IMG/VR virus record: IMGVR_UViG_3300018432_000304
Coordinates: 1-55,092 of that record
DNA length: 55,092 nucleotides
From: a virus
Lineage: Duplodnaviria; Caudoviricetes
Reading direction: 5' to 3' (one strand)
Shown here: piece by piece, positions 8,939 through 19,600 of the stretch
How positions within the stretch are numbered: position 1 is the stretch's first letter
How the letters are laid out: each line of letters opens with the position of its first letter
Notes under the pieces: model-generated
Told to the model about the DNA's origin: nothing
What the model saw: the letters and a program-made list of their open reading frames with translations, nothing else
The model's database searches: none
Translations under genes and position numbers: made by a program

Positions 8939-10414
8939 GTGATGCTTTCCCCCGAAGCCGCCCGCAAGCTCGTGAAGGACACCCTGTTCCCCGGGTGGGA
9001 GACGGAGCGCGAGCGGCTCGACCGGATCGACCGCTGGTACCGGTGGGAGCAGGACCGCATCCAGTTGCCCCGGAAGGCGACGTTGGAACACCGGCAGCTC
9101 GCGGAGCTGTCGAAGGTGCCGTGGCTGTCGCTGGTGGTCACCGCGACCGCCCAGGCGATGTATGTGGACGGGTACCGCTCGGAGCTGGATCCGGAGGGTT
9201 CCACGGACGACGCGGAGAACCCGTCGGAGCTGTCCCCGCCGTGGCGGTCGTGGCTGGCGAACGGGATGGACCGCCGTCAGGTTGCGGTGCACCGGGCGAT
9301 GCTGGCCTACGGCTACAGCTACGTGAAAGTGCTGCCGGGTGAGGACCCGATGACGGGTCGCGAGCAGTCAGTGATCCGCGGTGTGTCGCCTCGGAAGATG
9401 TTCTCGGTGTGGGAAGACGCCGCCGAGGACGACTGGCCGCAGTACGCGATGCAGGTCGTCGAGTCCACGAAGAACGGCGAGCACCTGGTGAAGGTGTTCG
9501 ACGACGAGGGCGTGCACTCGCTGCGGGTGGACACGACCGGCTCCGAGGTCGCTTACCTGGACGGCCCGGAGAGCCATGACGCCGGGGTGTGCCCGGTGGT
9601 TCGCTACGCGAACATGCTGGACCTGGACGGGCGCACGCCGGGGGAGATCGAGCCGCACATCCCGATCGCCGCGCGGATCAACAAAACCGCTTACGACCGG
9701 ATGCTCACCCAGCATTTCAACTCCTGGAAGGTCCGTACCATCGCGGGCTTGCAGGAACCGGAGACTCCCGAGGACGCGGAGCGCAAGCGGCTGCAGGTCC
9801 GCCAGGACGACATCCTGATCGCTGAGGACGCCGACACGAAGTTCGGGAGCCTGGACGAGACCCCGCTCGAAGGGTTCATCGCCGCGCACCGGGCTGACGT
9901 GGAGACCCTGGCGGCAGTGACGCAGACTCCGACGCACGAGCTGACCGGGCAGATGGCGAACCTGTCGGCGGAAGCGCTCGCCGCCGCGCGGGCGTCGCTG
10001 AACCAGAAGGTCACCGAGCGGCAGAAGTCGGCCGGCGCCTCGCACGCGCAGGTGCTGCGCCTGGCCGCGGCGCTCGAAGGCGACGAGGCCTACGCCGGGG
10101 ACGTGTCGGGCCGTGTGACGTGGCAGGACATGGAGATCCGGTCGATGTCCCAGGCGGCGGATGCGCTGGGCAAGATGGCAACCCAGCTCGGCGTTCCGCC
10201 TACGGCCCTCTGGGCGTTGGTGCCGGGTATCGAGAAGACCGACGTCGCCGAGTGGGTCCGCCTCGCGGAAGCAGGAGACCCCATCACGAAGATGCAGCAG
10301 CAGTTGGAGCGGCAACGCGTCACTTCGGAGATCGCAGCCCGCGCCGCTGCCCGCCCGGAACCCCCGCAGCAGCAGAACGGCCAGCGACCGGCTCGCGATG
10401 GCGTCGACGCCTGA
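8939..10414 (+). CDS. Portal protein (SPP1 gp6-like)
   Basis: 491 aa; CPVVRYAN, RINKT, KFGSL, NLSAEAL motifs; position. Confidence 0.92.
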   Translation: MMLSPEAARKLVKDTLFPGWETERERLDRIDRWYRWEQDRIQLPRKATLEHRQLAELSKVPWLSLVVTATAQAMYVDGYRSELDPEGSTDDAENPSELSPPWRSWLANGMDRRQVAVHRAMLAYGYSYVKVLPGEDPMTGREQSVIRGVSPRKMFSVWEDAAEDDWPQYAMQVVESTKNGEHLVKVFDDEGVHSLRVDTTGSEVAYLDGPESHDAGVCPVVRYANMLDLDGRTPGEIEPHIPIAARINKTAYDRMLTQHFNSWKVRTIAGLQEPETPEDAERKRLQVRQDDILIAEDADTKFGSLDETPLEGFIAAHRADVETLAAVTQTPTHELTGQMANLSAEALAAARASLNQKVTERQKSAGASHAQVLRLAAALEGDEAYAGDVSGRVTWQDMEIRSMSQAADALGKMATQLGVPPTALWALVPGIEKTDVAEWVRLAEAGDPITKMQQQLERQRVTSEIAARAAARPEPPQQQNGQRPARDGVDA

Positions 10415-11396
10415 GGGCCGCCGCCTCACCGAGGCGCACCGGCTCGCACAACAGCAGGTGCGCGACGACTTCCTCGCGGAGTTCATCGCACTGTGGGCGC
10501 TGCTGGACTCCGCCCGCCTGGACGAGACCGGACCGGGCTGGATTCAGGCCGTGACCAGGGCGGTTCGTGGGTTCCGCCGGGAGTCCGCCGCAGTGGCCAC
10601 CCAGTACTTCTGGGAGTTCGACGCGGTCGAGGCTCCGAGCTCAACCCCCCAGCCGCGGGTGGACTGGGCCGAGGCGGAGCAGGGCACGTCTCGTCCGGGT
10701 GGTCCTGTCTCGCCCCCTTCGGCTCCGAACACGGGCCGCCCGCCGCGCCGCACCAACGGGGTACGGCGCCAGCGAACGTCCCGCGATCTGGATCGGGTGC
10801 TGGAGCGGTCCGGGATCCGCTTCGACCTCGACGAGCCCGCGTCCCGCCCTCGTGGCGAGCGGCGGACGCGCATTGAGTTCGAGGTGCCGGAGCTGGACGA
10901 GGACCGCCACGACCGGGCCACCGAGGTGTCCCTGATCGTTACCGGGCCTGTCGGGCAGAAGTCCAAGCGCGGCCGCGGGAAGACCGAGCAGGTCGCACGG
11001 GACGAGTCCTTCGTCGAGGCGTCCGGTGCTGCGTCGCGGCAGGTACTCACCGGTGGCCGTCAGAGCCTGCTGCGGCTGATCGATGAAGACACCCGCCTGC
11101 TCGGCTACATCCGAGTCTCTGACGGCGACCCGTGTGCGTTCTGCGCCATGTTGATCAGCCGGGGTCCGGTGTATCGAACGCCGAACCGGGCGTCCTTTCA
11201 GGCCCACGACCACTGCGCGTGCACCGCGGAGCCGGTCTACACCACCGACACGCTTTGGCCGGGTCGAGCTCGGGAGTTCCAGAAGCTGTGGAACGAGCAC
11301 ATCCGAAACCGCCACTCGGGTGCGGATGCCCGCCGTGAGTGGCGGCGGCTGTACGAACGCCTGCAGCGCGAGCAGCGGCGCCAGCAGATCGCTTAG
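10398..11396 (+). CDS. MuF-like minor head/capsid maturation protein
   Basis: DGDPCAFCAMLISRGPVY..HDHCACTAEPVY. Confidence 0.8.
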   Translation: MASTPEGRRLTEAHRLAQQQVRDDFLAEFIALWALLDSARLDETGPGWIQAVTRAVRGFRRESAAVATQYFWEFDAVEAPSSTPQPRVDWAEAEQGTSRPGGPVSPPSAPNTGRPPRRTNGVRRQRTSRDLDRVLERSGIRFDLDEPASRPRGERRTRIEFEVPELDEDRHDRATEVSLIVTGPVGQKSKRGRGKTEQVARDESFVEASGAASRQVLTGGRQSLLRLIDEDTRLLGYIRVSDGDPCAFCAMLISRGPVYRTPNRASFQAHDHCACTAEPVYTTDTLWPGRAREFQKLWNEHIRNRHSGADARREWRRLYERLQREQRRQQIA

Positions 11397-11680
11397 GTCG
11401 CCGGCGGTGGCGGTCCGCCGTAGGCCTGGTGGTAGCGGAACTGCCACGCGTCGTAGTCGCGGGCGTACTGCTCCTTCTCTGCCTCGTAGCGCTTGCGCTC
11501 CTGCTCGTTGGCGGCGGACGCGTTCATCCCAGCCATGCCCCAGATGAGCAGCCAGAACCCGAGCGTGATGACGCTCAGGAGCAGGTGCAGGACGTGCTGA
11601 GGCTGATGCACCCGTGGTTCGCGCGGTGGTGTCGGGGGCGGTCCGACGAACACCGGCTGGCTATGCGGCGGCTGCGTCAC
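11393..11680 (-). CDS. Reverse-oriented small membrane protein (moron)
   Basis: HVLHLLLSVITLGFWLLIW TM helix; Pro-rich ends; coiled coil. Confidence 0.7.
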   Translation of the reverse strand: MTQPPHSQPVFVGPPPTPPREPRVHQPQHVLHLLLSVITLGFWLLIWGMAGMNASAANEQERKRYEAEKEQYARDYDAWQFRYHQAYGGPPPPAT

Positions 11681-11819
11681 GTGCCTCAGTTCGTCGCCGG
11701 CGTGCGCCTTGTTACGCCGCCCTCATGGCTTCCTCCTGACCAGGAGGTTTGCGCCCCGTCACCGCAACGGTGCGGGGTGTTCGCAGTGCCCCGCAACGGG
11801 GCCATCGCAGGAGGCCGCA

Positions 11820-12392
11820 ATGGCTGACAAGCAGGACCAGAACGACGAGCTCGGCGACATCAGCAACGACGAGGCGGAGCAGCTGCTCGCCGACGCCGGG
11901 GATGCCGACGAGAAGAAGGACACCCGCGAGGCCGCAACGGACGAGCGGGATTGGAAGGCCGAGGCCGAGCGCTGGAAGAAGCTTTCCCGGCAGAACGAGA
12001 AGGCCGCGGCCGACCGTGCGGCGAAGCTCAAGCAGTACGAGGACGAGGGCAAGTCGGAGTCGCAGCGCCTGCAAGAGGAGCGCGACTCGCACAAGACCCG
12101 CGCCGAGAAGGCCGAGATCGCACTGCGTAAGCGTGAGATCGCCGAGGAGCACGCTCCGGAGCACGCCACGGTCGCGCAGATCAAAGCAGTCGCCCGCCGC
12201 CTGTCCGGCGACGACGACGACTCGCTCGAGGCCGACGCGAAGGAGCTGTTCGAGCTCATCGCGCCGGAGCCGAAGGCGCCGAAGACCCCGTCCCGCCCGA
12301 AGGAACGCCTCAAGGGCGGTTCTGAGCCGGACGAAGACCCGGAGCCCACGGACCCACGCAAGCTCGCCGACCTCATTCCGAGGCGGCGCTGA
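11820..12392 (+). CDS. Capsid scaffolding protein
   Basis: Acidic coiled coil, WKAEAERWKKLSRQNE; upstream of capsid gene. Confidence 0.85.
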   Translation: MADKQDQNDELGDISNDEAEQLLADAGDADEKKDTREAATDERDWKAEAERWKKLSRQNEKAAADRAAKLKQYEDEGKSESQRLQEERDSHKTRAEKAEIALRKREIAEEHAPEHATVAQIKAVARRLSGDDDDSLEADAKELFELIAPEPKAPKTPSRPKERLKGGSEPDEDPEPTDPRKLADLIPRRR

Positions 12393-12400
12393 GAAACCCA

Positions 12401-12463
12401 CCGCACGGCTCGCCACGGGCCGCCTGCGGGCCGATCTACGACCTCTAGGAGGTTCCCGTGGCG
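12401..12463 (+). promoter_or_regulatory. Conserved hairpin + RBS leader, copy 1 (capsid gene)
   Basis: CCGCACGGCTCGCCACGGGCCGCCTGCGG ... CTAGGAGGTTCCCGTGGCG; near-identical copy at 15198. Confidence 0.7.
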
Positions 12464-13639
12464 AACTCTTTCATCAAGGCGGAGAAGATCGCCGCCCAGT
12501 CCCTCGGCCTGTTGGAGCGGGAGATCATCCTCCCGGCTCTGGTGTGGCGCGACGCGGGCGGTTCGTTCCAGGGCGCGGCCGGTGACACCATCTCGATCCG
12601 GGTGCCGGCCCGCACCCAGGCCCGGACCCGTCAGCTGCGCGGCGCTCGGTCGGATTCCAACGGCGTCGCCGGCATCATCACGATGGACGAGCTGACCGAG
12701 ACCAAGGTCGACGTCACGCTCGACACCGCGGTCTACAACGCCGTGCCGATCACGGACGAGGAGCTGTCGCTCGACATCTCCGACTTCGGTTCGCAGATCG
12801 CCGAGCCGCAGGTGCGCGCGGTCGCGGAGGGCATCGAGAACGCGGTGGCCGCCGAGATGACTGGCGCGTCCTACGCGACCACGATCACGGTGTCCACCAC
12901 GGACCCCTACGACAGCGTGGTCGATGCCCGCGTGGCCCTGAACAAGGCCAACGTGCCCCAGAGCGAGCGTGTGCTCGTCGTGGGTGCCGACCTCGAGGGA
13001 ATCTTCCTCAAGTCGGACGAGCTGCACCAGGCCGACAAGGCCGGGTCGGACTCGGCCCTGCGCGACGCCGTCATCGGGCGGATCGCCGGGTTCAACCAGG
13101 TGGTCGTGTCCAACGCGCTGCCCAGCAACGTCGGCTTCGCGTTCCACCGCACCGCCTACGTGCTGGGCATGCGTGCCCCCTCGGTGCCGGACGGCGCCAC
13201 CTACGGTGCGTCGCGGTCGGCCTTCGGCCTGGCGATGCGTTGGATCCGGGACTACGACTTCCGGAACGTGCAGGACCGGTCGCTGTTCGACACCTACATC
13301 GGCACCAACGTCGTCGCCGATGGCGAGTCGTCCGCCGAGGTCCAGTCGGTGACCGTCACGGCCACCGAGGGCACCTTCACGCTGACCTACAAGGGTCAGA
13401 CCACCGCGGGCATCGCGTTCAACGCGGCAGCCTCCGCGGTGCAGTCGGCGATCACCGGACTGACCACGGTCGGCTCCGGAAACGCCACGGTGTCCGGCTC
13501 GACGGGCGGCCCGTACACGGTCACCTTCGGCGCCGGCCTGGGCAACGTCGATCAGATGCAGGCCAGCGGCGCCACGGTGGCCACCACCACCGGCGGTACG
13601 CCTTCGCTGGTCCGCGCGGTCAAGCTCGTTCTGGCCTGA
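12458..13639 (+). CDS. Major capsid protein (P22 coat-like) with extra C-terminal beta-sandwich
   Basis: GDTISIRVP, AFHRTA, RWIRDYD motifs; EVQSVTV..GTFTLTY.GQTT domain. Confidence 0.9.
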   Translation: MANSFIKAEKIAAQSLGLLEREIILPALVWRDAGGSFQGAAGDTISIRVPARTQARTRQLRGARSDSNGVAGIITMDELTETKVDVTLDTAVYNAVPITDEELSLDISDFGSQIAEPQVRAVAEGIENAVAAEMTGASYATTITVSTTDPYDSVVDARVALNKANVPQSERVLVVGADLEGIFLKSDELHQADKAGSDSALRDAVIGRIAGFNQVVVSNALPSNVGFAFHRTAYVLGMRAPSVPDGATYGASRSAFGLAMRWIRDYDFRNVQDRSLFDTYIGTNVVADGESSAEVQSVTVTATEGTFTLTYKGQTTAGIAFNAAASAVQSAITGLTTVGSGNATVSGSTGGPYTVTFGAGLGNVDQMQASGATVATTTGGTPSLVRAVKLVLA

Positions 13640-13642
13640 TCG

Positions 13643-14098
13643 ATGCGCCCGCTCGCGACGGTCCCTGAGCTCGAGGCCCGTCTCGGGCGGGGACTCGAAG
13701 CCGCCGAACTCGAACGCGGCATCGCGCTGCTCGACGACGCCTCCGCCCTCGTGCGGGACGTCGCCGGCCGCACCTGGATCGACCCCGACACCGGTCAACT
13801 CGACGCGGTGCCGGGGTCGATCCGGTGGGTGGTGCTCCGCGCCGCCGAGCGCGCCATGCGCAACCCGCAAGGGTTCTCCTCTGAGTCCGCAGGTGATTAC
13901 TCCTACCAGCGCACCGGCGTCGAACCGGGCGTCTACCTCACCGAAGGCGAGGAACGGGCGATCCGGCGGGCGCTGGGCAAGACCGGGCTGTGGACGCAGC
14001 CGGTCACCCGCGGCGACGCGCACCTGCACACCGTGTGGGGGGAGGACCAGTTCGGCGCGGAGCTGTTCCCCCTCGACGTCTACCGAGACACCTACTGA
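13643..14098 (+). CDS. Head-tail adaptor
   Basis: LATVPELEARLGR..LLDDASALVR..RNPQGFSSESAGDYSY. Confidence 0.85.
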   Translation: MRPLATVPELEARLGRGLEAAELERGIALLDDASALVRDVAGRTWIDPDTGQLDAVPGSIRWVVLRAAERAMRNPQGFSSESAGDYSYQRTGVEPGVYLTEGEERAIRRALGKTGLWTQPVTRGDAHLHTVWGEDQFGAELFPLDVYRDTY

Positions 14099-14111
14099 GC
14101 GGCGGCGGGCC

Positions 14112-14462
14112 ATGTCGATTCTGCTGGATCACGGCCCGCACGCCGTGAAGATCTGGATCGAGGAGGAGGCCACCGACTCCCGCGGCAACAAGATCCGACG
14201 CCCCGCGGACGACCCGGTGACGGTGACCGGGTGCCTGGTACAACCGATCAGTTCAGCACGGGGCGCGTTCCCCGCGCTGGATGTCAGCCAGGGGCAGAAC
14301 GTGACCGCCGCCTGGCGCCTGATCGCCCGCGAGGCCCCGCTGGGCTGGTGGTCGAGGGTCGAGTTCGAGGGCAAGACGCTGACGGTCCTCGGCGGGCCGC
14401 TGGTCCACAACTCCTCTGCCGGTACCCGGCACATCTCCGCAACCCTGCAAGAGGAGCGCTGA
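14112..14462 (+). CDS. Head closure/stopper protein
   Basis: MSILLDHGPH..DSRGN..GCLVQP; position. Confidence 0.75.
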   Translation: MSILLDHGPHAVKIWIEEEATDSRGNKIRRPADDPVTVTGCLVQPISSARGAFPALDVSQGQNVTAAWRLIAREAPLGWWSRVEFEGKTLTVLGGPLVHNSSAGTRHISATLQEER

Positions 14463-14463
14463 G

Positions 14464-14757
14464 ATGGCCGAGATCTATGCCTTCGCCACTGACGAGTTCT
14501 TCGCCAAGCTCGACGGGGTCCGGGGTGAGCTGCGGCGCACGGCGCACGCTGGTGGTGCTCGCGCTGAGGCAGTTCTGAGTGCGCATCGTGCTGAGGGGCA
14601 TTCCCGGATCACTGTCACCGAGGGCGACAGCCTCGACTGGTTCGTCAACCTCGACGACTCTCGCGGCGACCGGGCTGCTGCTGCCATCGAGTACGGCCGC
14701 AGCGGTGGTAAGCGGGGGGTCACCTCCGGGGTTCACGCCCTGCGGTCGGCCTTCTAA
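14464..14757 (+). CDS. Neck protein (DUF5403-like)
   Basis: AHRAEGHSRITV..DWFVNLDD..AAIEYG. Confidence 0.75.
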   Translation: MAEIYAFATDEFFAKLDGVRGELRRTAHAGGARAEAVLSAHRAEGHSRITVTEGDSLDWFVNLDDSRGDRAAAAIEYGRSGGKRGVTSGVHALRSAF

Positions 14758-15194
14758 TGACCGCCCCGGAGCGGTTCTCGGTCGACTACCTCGACGTGCT
14801 GTTGGAGCTGCTCCGCGCGGACCTGCCGGGCGTCGAGGTGATGACCCGCATCCCCGACCACCTTCCCAACTACCTGCCGCTGGTGGTGATCCGCCGCGTC
14901 GGTGGTGACAGCCCCGCACCGGAGTTCTACGACATTCCGTGGATCAACGTGCAGTGCTGGGCCGACGAGAACCGGGTGGCCGGTATCGACGCCTACCGGG
15001 CTGCGTTCAACCTCGCCGACGACGTGCGGCGTTCGCTCTGGACGGCTTACCGAACCCAGCGCGTCATCGACGGCAAGGGCTGGATCGGCGCGATCCGCGA
15101 GTCGTCGGCCCCGCAGGAGATCTCCGACGGGGACTTGCCGTTCCTCGGCCGTTACGCGGCCACCTACGAGCTCCGGATCCGATCCGCAGCTTGA
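14757..15194 (+). CDS. Tail terminator protein
   Basis: LPLVVIRRVGG..INVQCW; precedes tail tube gene. Confidence 0.8.
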   Translation: MTAPERFSVDYLDVLLELLRADLPGVEVMTRIPDHLPNYLPLVVIRRVGGDSPAPEFYDIPWINVQCWADENRVAGIDAYRAAFNLADDVRRSLWTAYRTQRVIDGKGWIGAIRESSAPQEISDGDLPFLGRYAATYELRIRSAA

Positions 15195-15197
15195 TCC

Positions 15198-15258
15198 CCG
15201 CACGGCCTGCCACGGGCCGCCTGCGGTCGCTCCCTCACCCTAGGAGGTACCCGTGGCG
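15198..15258 (+). promoter_or_regulatory. Conserved hairpin + RBS leader, copy 2 (major tail gene)
   Basis: CCGCACGGCCTGCCACGGGCCGCCTGCGG ... CTAGGAGGTACCCGTGGCG. Confidence 0.7.
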
Positions 15259-15801
15259 CTGACTGACTCCGCTGTGCTCATTCCGGGCACCGGCGAACTG
15301 TGGATCGCCCCGGCTGAGACGGTGATGCCGGCCAGTCTCACCGCCCCTGCCACGCCGTGGGAGAACCTCGGGCATACCTCGCGCGAGGACGGCCTCACGA
15401 TCACTCGTGACGGCGGTGACTCCGAGGTCATCGGTACCTGGCAGAACCCGACGATGCGGGAGCGGCGCGAGCCGACCTCGTTTGCGATCACCGCGTTCCT
15501 GCACCAGGTCGACAACACTGTGCTGGAGATGTACTTCGGCCCCGGCGACATCTCCGAGGACGGGCAGTTCGGCGTCACCTCTTCAACGGCGACGACCGCG
15601 AAGGCGCTCTACGTCCGGATCATCGACGGCGAGAACGAGGCCGGGCTGTACGTGCCGCGCGTGTCGATCTCCTCGGAGGACGACATGGAGGTCGATGTCG
15701 AGGGCTTCCTGGCCTTCCCGGTCCGGATGACGGTCCTGCAGGTGTCGGGCTCCAACCTGATGACCTGGGTCGGGCCCGAGCTCGGCACCCCTGCCGGCTG
15801 A
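15253..15801 (+). CDS. Major tail (tube) protein
   Basis: AVLIPGTG..WENLGHTSREDG..GGDSEVIGTWQN. Confidence 0.9.
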   Translation: MALTDSAVLIPGTGELWIAPAETVMPASLTAPATPWENLGHTSREDGLTITRDGGDSEVIGTWQNPTMRERREPTSFAITAFLHQVDNTVLEMYFGPGDISEDGQFGVTSSTATTAKALYVRIIDGENEAGLYVPRVSISSEDDMEVDVEGFLAFPVRMTVLQVSGSNLMTWVGPELGTPAG

Positions 15802-15803
15802 TC

Positions 15804-15848
15804 GAACGGCGGGCGGCCTTCCCTCCCGGACCGGGCCGCCCGCCGTTC
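15804..15848 (+). terminator. Stem-loop after major tail gene
   Basis: 15-bp perfect IR GAACGGCGGGCGGCC/GGCCGCCCGCCGTTC. Confidence 0.6.
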
Positions 15849-15889
15849 CCCTGTTCGCCAGGTCCGGGAGAGGAGAGGTCCGGGAGACC

Positions 15890-16318
15890 ATGACCACGAA
15901 GAAGGACGAGCCCTCGCTCGTCGACCAGCTCGCCGACGAGGTCAAGACCAAGACCGCGTTCCCGCCCGGCGCGCCGGAGCTCAAGGTGATGCTGGCGATC
16001 CAGCCGCGCAGCCGCCGGGCCGCGTTCAAGCGTCGTTACGCCGAGGTCGCCGAGGCCTCCACTGGGGTGCGCAAGCTCGAGTCCGAGACGAACAAGATCA
16101 AGGACACCGACGAGCGCAAGCCGGCCGCGCAGCTGCGACTGTGGGCCGAGGCCGACGACCTCTACCAGCACATCATCGACATGCTGCGGATCGCGGCCGT
16201 CGACGAGGAGAAGTTCGACGTCTGGGCCGACGAGGTGTCAGACGAGGATCTCAACGCCACGTTCGCCGCCTACCAGGAGCGCGCACAGCCGGGGGAAGCG
16301 CCCAGCTCGACGAGCTGA
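15890..16318 (+). CDS. Tail assembly chaperone (gpG-like)
   Basis: Position; ends ..QPGEAPSSTS across a GGGGGAA slippery site. Confidence 0.85.
   Translation: MTTKKDEPSLVDQLADEVKTKTAFPPGAPELKVMLAIQPRSRRAAFKRRYAEVAEASTGVRKLESETNKIKDTDERKPAAQLRLWAEADDLYQHIIDMLRIAAVDEEKFDVWADEVSDEDLNATFAAYQERAQPGEAPSSTS
16291..16297 (+). other. Programmed -1 frameshift site GGGGGAA
   Basis: The -1 frame stays open to 16677; standard siphovirus G/GT arrangement. Confidence 0.8.
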
Positions 16319-16677
16319 TCGAGGAGCACGGGCAGGCCCTGCTGTACGACCTGCAGCGCCTCGGAGTTGACCTCCGGGACCTGTTCCGGCCGGACAGCGG
16401 GGTCACCCCTCGATACGTGCTCTGGCTCGTCGGGCAACTGCCCCAGGACTCCGCGTTCGCCGCATCGGTGCGAGGTGGGGCCGAGTTCCGGCCCTGGACC
16501 TCGGAGATGTACGTGCTCACCGCTGTAGCGAACCTGCTCAATGCGGCCAACCGGCAGCGCGCGGGGAAGAAGACACGCGAGCCGCTGATCAAGCCGCCGG
16601 CGTCGAAGAAACGCAAGCCGCGGGTGCTGAGTGTCGCTCAGATCGCCGCACGCCAGCGGGCCGCCCGCAACAACTGA
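16294..16677 (+). CDS. Tail assembly chaperone frameshift extension (gpT-like)
   Basis: LIEEHGQALLYDLQRLGVDLRDL..LPQDSAF. Confidence 0.8.
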   Translation, partial: GSAQLDELIEEHGQALLYDLQRLGVDLRDLFRPDSGVTPRYVLWLVGQLPQDSAFAASVRGGAEFRPWTSEMYVLTAVANLLNAANRQRAGKKTREPLIKPPASKKRKPRVLSVAQIAARQRAARNN

Positions 16678-16698
16678 TCACGAACCCGGGGGTGCCTT

Positions 16699-19600
16699 GT
16701 GTCGTCTCCGGGTGGTCGGGAAGTCGGCCGTGTCAGCGTAAGGGTCTTGCCGGACACGGCCGGATTCCGCAGGGACCTCAAGCGCGCCGTAGACGCGGCC
16801 GAGGCCGGCCTCAAGGTCGAGATTCCGGTCGAGTTCGACGTCGACACCGCCGGCCTGCGCGCGCAGCTCGAGGGCATCAAGGCCAAGGTCACCATTCCGG
16901 TCGACCTGGACCTGGACACTGCCGGCCTGCGTGCGCAGCTGGCCGCCCTGGACAACTCGCGGGTCAGCATCCCGGTCGACCTGAACCTGCAGGACGTCGG
17001 CCGGCTGGAGTCCACGCTCGCGCGCCTGCGCAGCAAGACCATCCGGCTCAACGTCAAGGCCAACGGCGTCAGCCAGGCGATCGCCCAGCTCACCGCCCTG
17101 GACGCGGTGATCCGCCGCGTCGACGGCCGCCGGATCAACGTGCACGTCGACGTCGACGCCGCCGCGGCTGCTGCACAGATCGCTGCGCTCGAGGCCGCGC
17201 TCGCAGGCCTGAGCGGCTCGATCGGCTCGATCGGCTCGTCCGGTGGCCAGGCGATGCAGGGCATGCAGCGAGGGGCACTACAGGCCGCAGGCGCGCTAGT
17301 CCTCATCCCACCTCTCGCCGCCGCGGTCGCGGTCGCGGGCGCGGGTATCACGGCGGCCTACGGCGCGGCCGCTACCGCGGTAGCGGCGATCCCGGCGGCG
17401 ATCGCGCTCATCGCCGGGCCGGTCGCGGCCGTGGCTACCGGTCTGGACGGGATCAAGCGGGCCGCCGCGACGATCAAGCCGGAGTTCGACGCGATGAAGG
17501 CCGCGGTCTCGGCGACCTTCGAGCAGGGCCTGATTCCGGTCTTCGATCGGTTGGCCGACACTTTCCCGCGGCTGACCAACGGGATGCAGGGCACCGCGGT
17601 CTCGCTGTCCGACATCGGGATGCGGCTGGCCGAGATGCTGGCCTCCGAGCCGGGTCTGGATCGCATCGATCTGCTCTTCGCCAACATCAACAAGACGCTT
17701 GGCGACATGTCGCCTGGCATCGCGGCGGCGGTCGACGGCTTCCTGATCATGGGCAGCCAGTCCGGCGCGTTCGACGTGCTGTCCAGCGCGGTCAACACCT
17801 TCGGGCAGGCGTTCCGCTCCTCGGTGATCGAGACCGTTAGCGACGGCACCCTCGCCGGGGCGATGAACGGGCTCGAGCAGCTGCTCGACAACCTAGCGCT
17901 GGCCTTCGTCGGCGCGGTCGAGAACGGCCTCGAGGTGTTCGCCGCCGCCGCGCCGGGCGTGAACGCCGCGCTCGAGTCGATCGGCGGGTTCCTTGACCGC
18001 TTCGACTGGACCAGCCTCGGCACTTCGGTCGGCGGCGTGTTCCAGGGCCTCGCGGACGGGATCAACTCCATCCCGCAGGGCACCATCGACGCGATCGAGC
18101 AGTCTTTCGCCGATCTGGCGACGACGTTCCAGTCGGCCGAGTTCGGGCAGGCCATCCAGGACATCGCCGTGTCGGTCCCCGAGGCGATCGACCTGCTGAA
18201 CTCGGCAGCGAAGGAGTTCGACACGATCGCCGAGGGCATCAAGCTCACCCTCGAGACCTTCAACGCGGTGGATCAGAGCTTCACCGGTGCGATCGACGGC
18301 ATCACCGGGAACATCGACCGTCTCCGCGAGGCGATGGCCAAGGAGAACAACCTCGACCCGAAGGACCCGTTCGGGCTGGCCACGGCCGATGACGCGATTG
18401 AGAACATCGTCCGTGGCTGGTTCGGGCTGCCCCCGGTGGTGTCCGACGCCGGCAACCAGACGACGGGCGCCGCCGAGGACTCGTTCGGCAAGGTTCCTCC
18501 GGCGGTCGATAGCGCGCTAGCCGGTGTCCCGCACGCTGTTGCGGGCCAGATGGACCAGGTCCCCGTCGGCGTCGAGCGGCCTCTGAACGAAGTCCCGCCG
18601 ATGGTCGACTCCGCGCTCGGGCCGGTGCCCGCGCACGTGGCGGCCGCGCTGGCGAACATGTCGCCCGAGGTCGCCGCCGCGCTGGTCACGGTCACTGACG
18701 CGTTCCAGACCGGGCTCACCGAGATGCCCGCGATCGTCGACGCGGCGTTCGCCGACCTGAACGCGCCGATCGCGGCGGGGATGACCTCGCTGGCCACTGG
18801 CATCACCACGGGCATGGTCGAGCTGCGCACGGCGCTGCAGACCGGGTTCGCCACGATGGGCGTCGAGGCCGCCACCGGCATGATGCAGGTCGAGATGGCG
18901 ATCAACTCGTCGACTCTGGAGTGGAACACCCGCATCCAGGCAGCGATGACGCTGATGCAGACCACGATGTCGGACGGCTTCGTACAGATCGGCGCCTCGG
19001 CATCGATCGGCCTGATGGCCGTCGAGATGGCGATCAACACCGCCACCTTGGAGTGGAACACCCGCATCCAGGCAGCGATGACGCTGATGCAGACCACGAT
19101 GTCGGACGGCTTCGTACAGATCGGGGCGGGCGCCTCCATCGGGTTGATGGCCGTCGAGATGGCGATCAACACCGCCACGATCGCGTGGAACACCCGCATC
19201 GCCGCCGCGATGATCCTGCTCCAGACCACGATGGCCACCGGCTGGACGGACCTGGGCGCGGGCGCCTCCATCGGCCTGATGGCCGTCGAGATGGCGATCA
19301 ACACCGCCGTGCTCGCGTGGAACACCCGCGTTCAGGTCGGCATGACAACGCTGCAGACCACCATGACCACCGGCTGGACGACGATCGCCGCGTCCACGTC
19401 GATCTCGATGATGGAAGTCGAGATGGCGATCAACACCGCCGTGCTGGCCTGGAACACCCGGCTGGCCGCGGGCCTGGTGGTGCTGCAGACGACCATGTCC
19501 ACCGGCTGGACGACGATCGCCGCGTCCACGTCGATCTCGATGATGGAAGTCGAGATGGCGATCAACACCGCCGTGCTGGCCTGGAACACCCGGATGCAGG

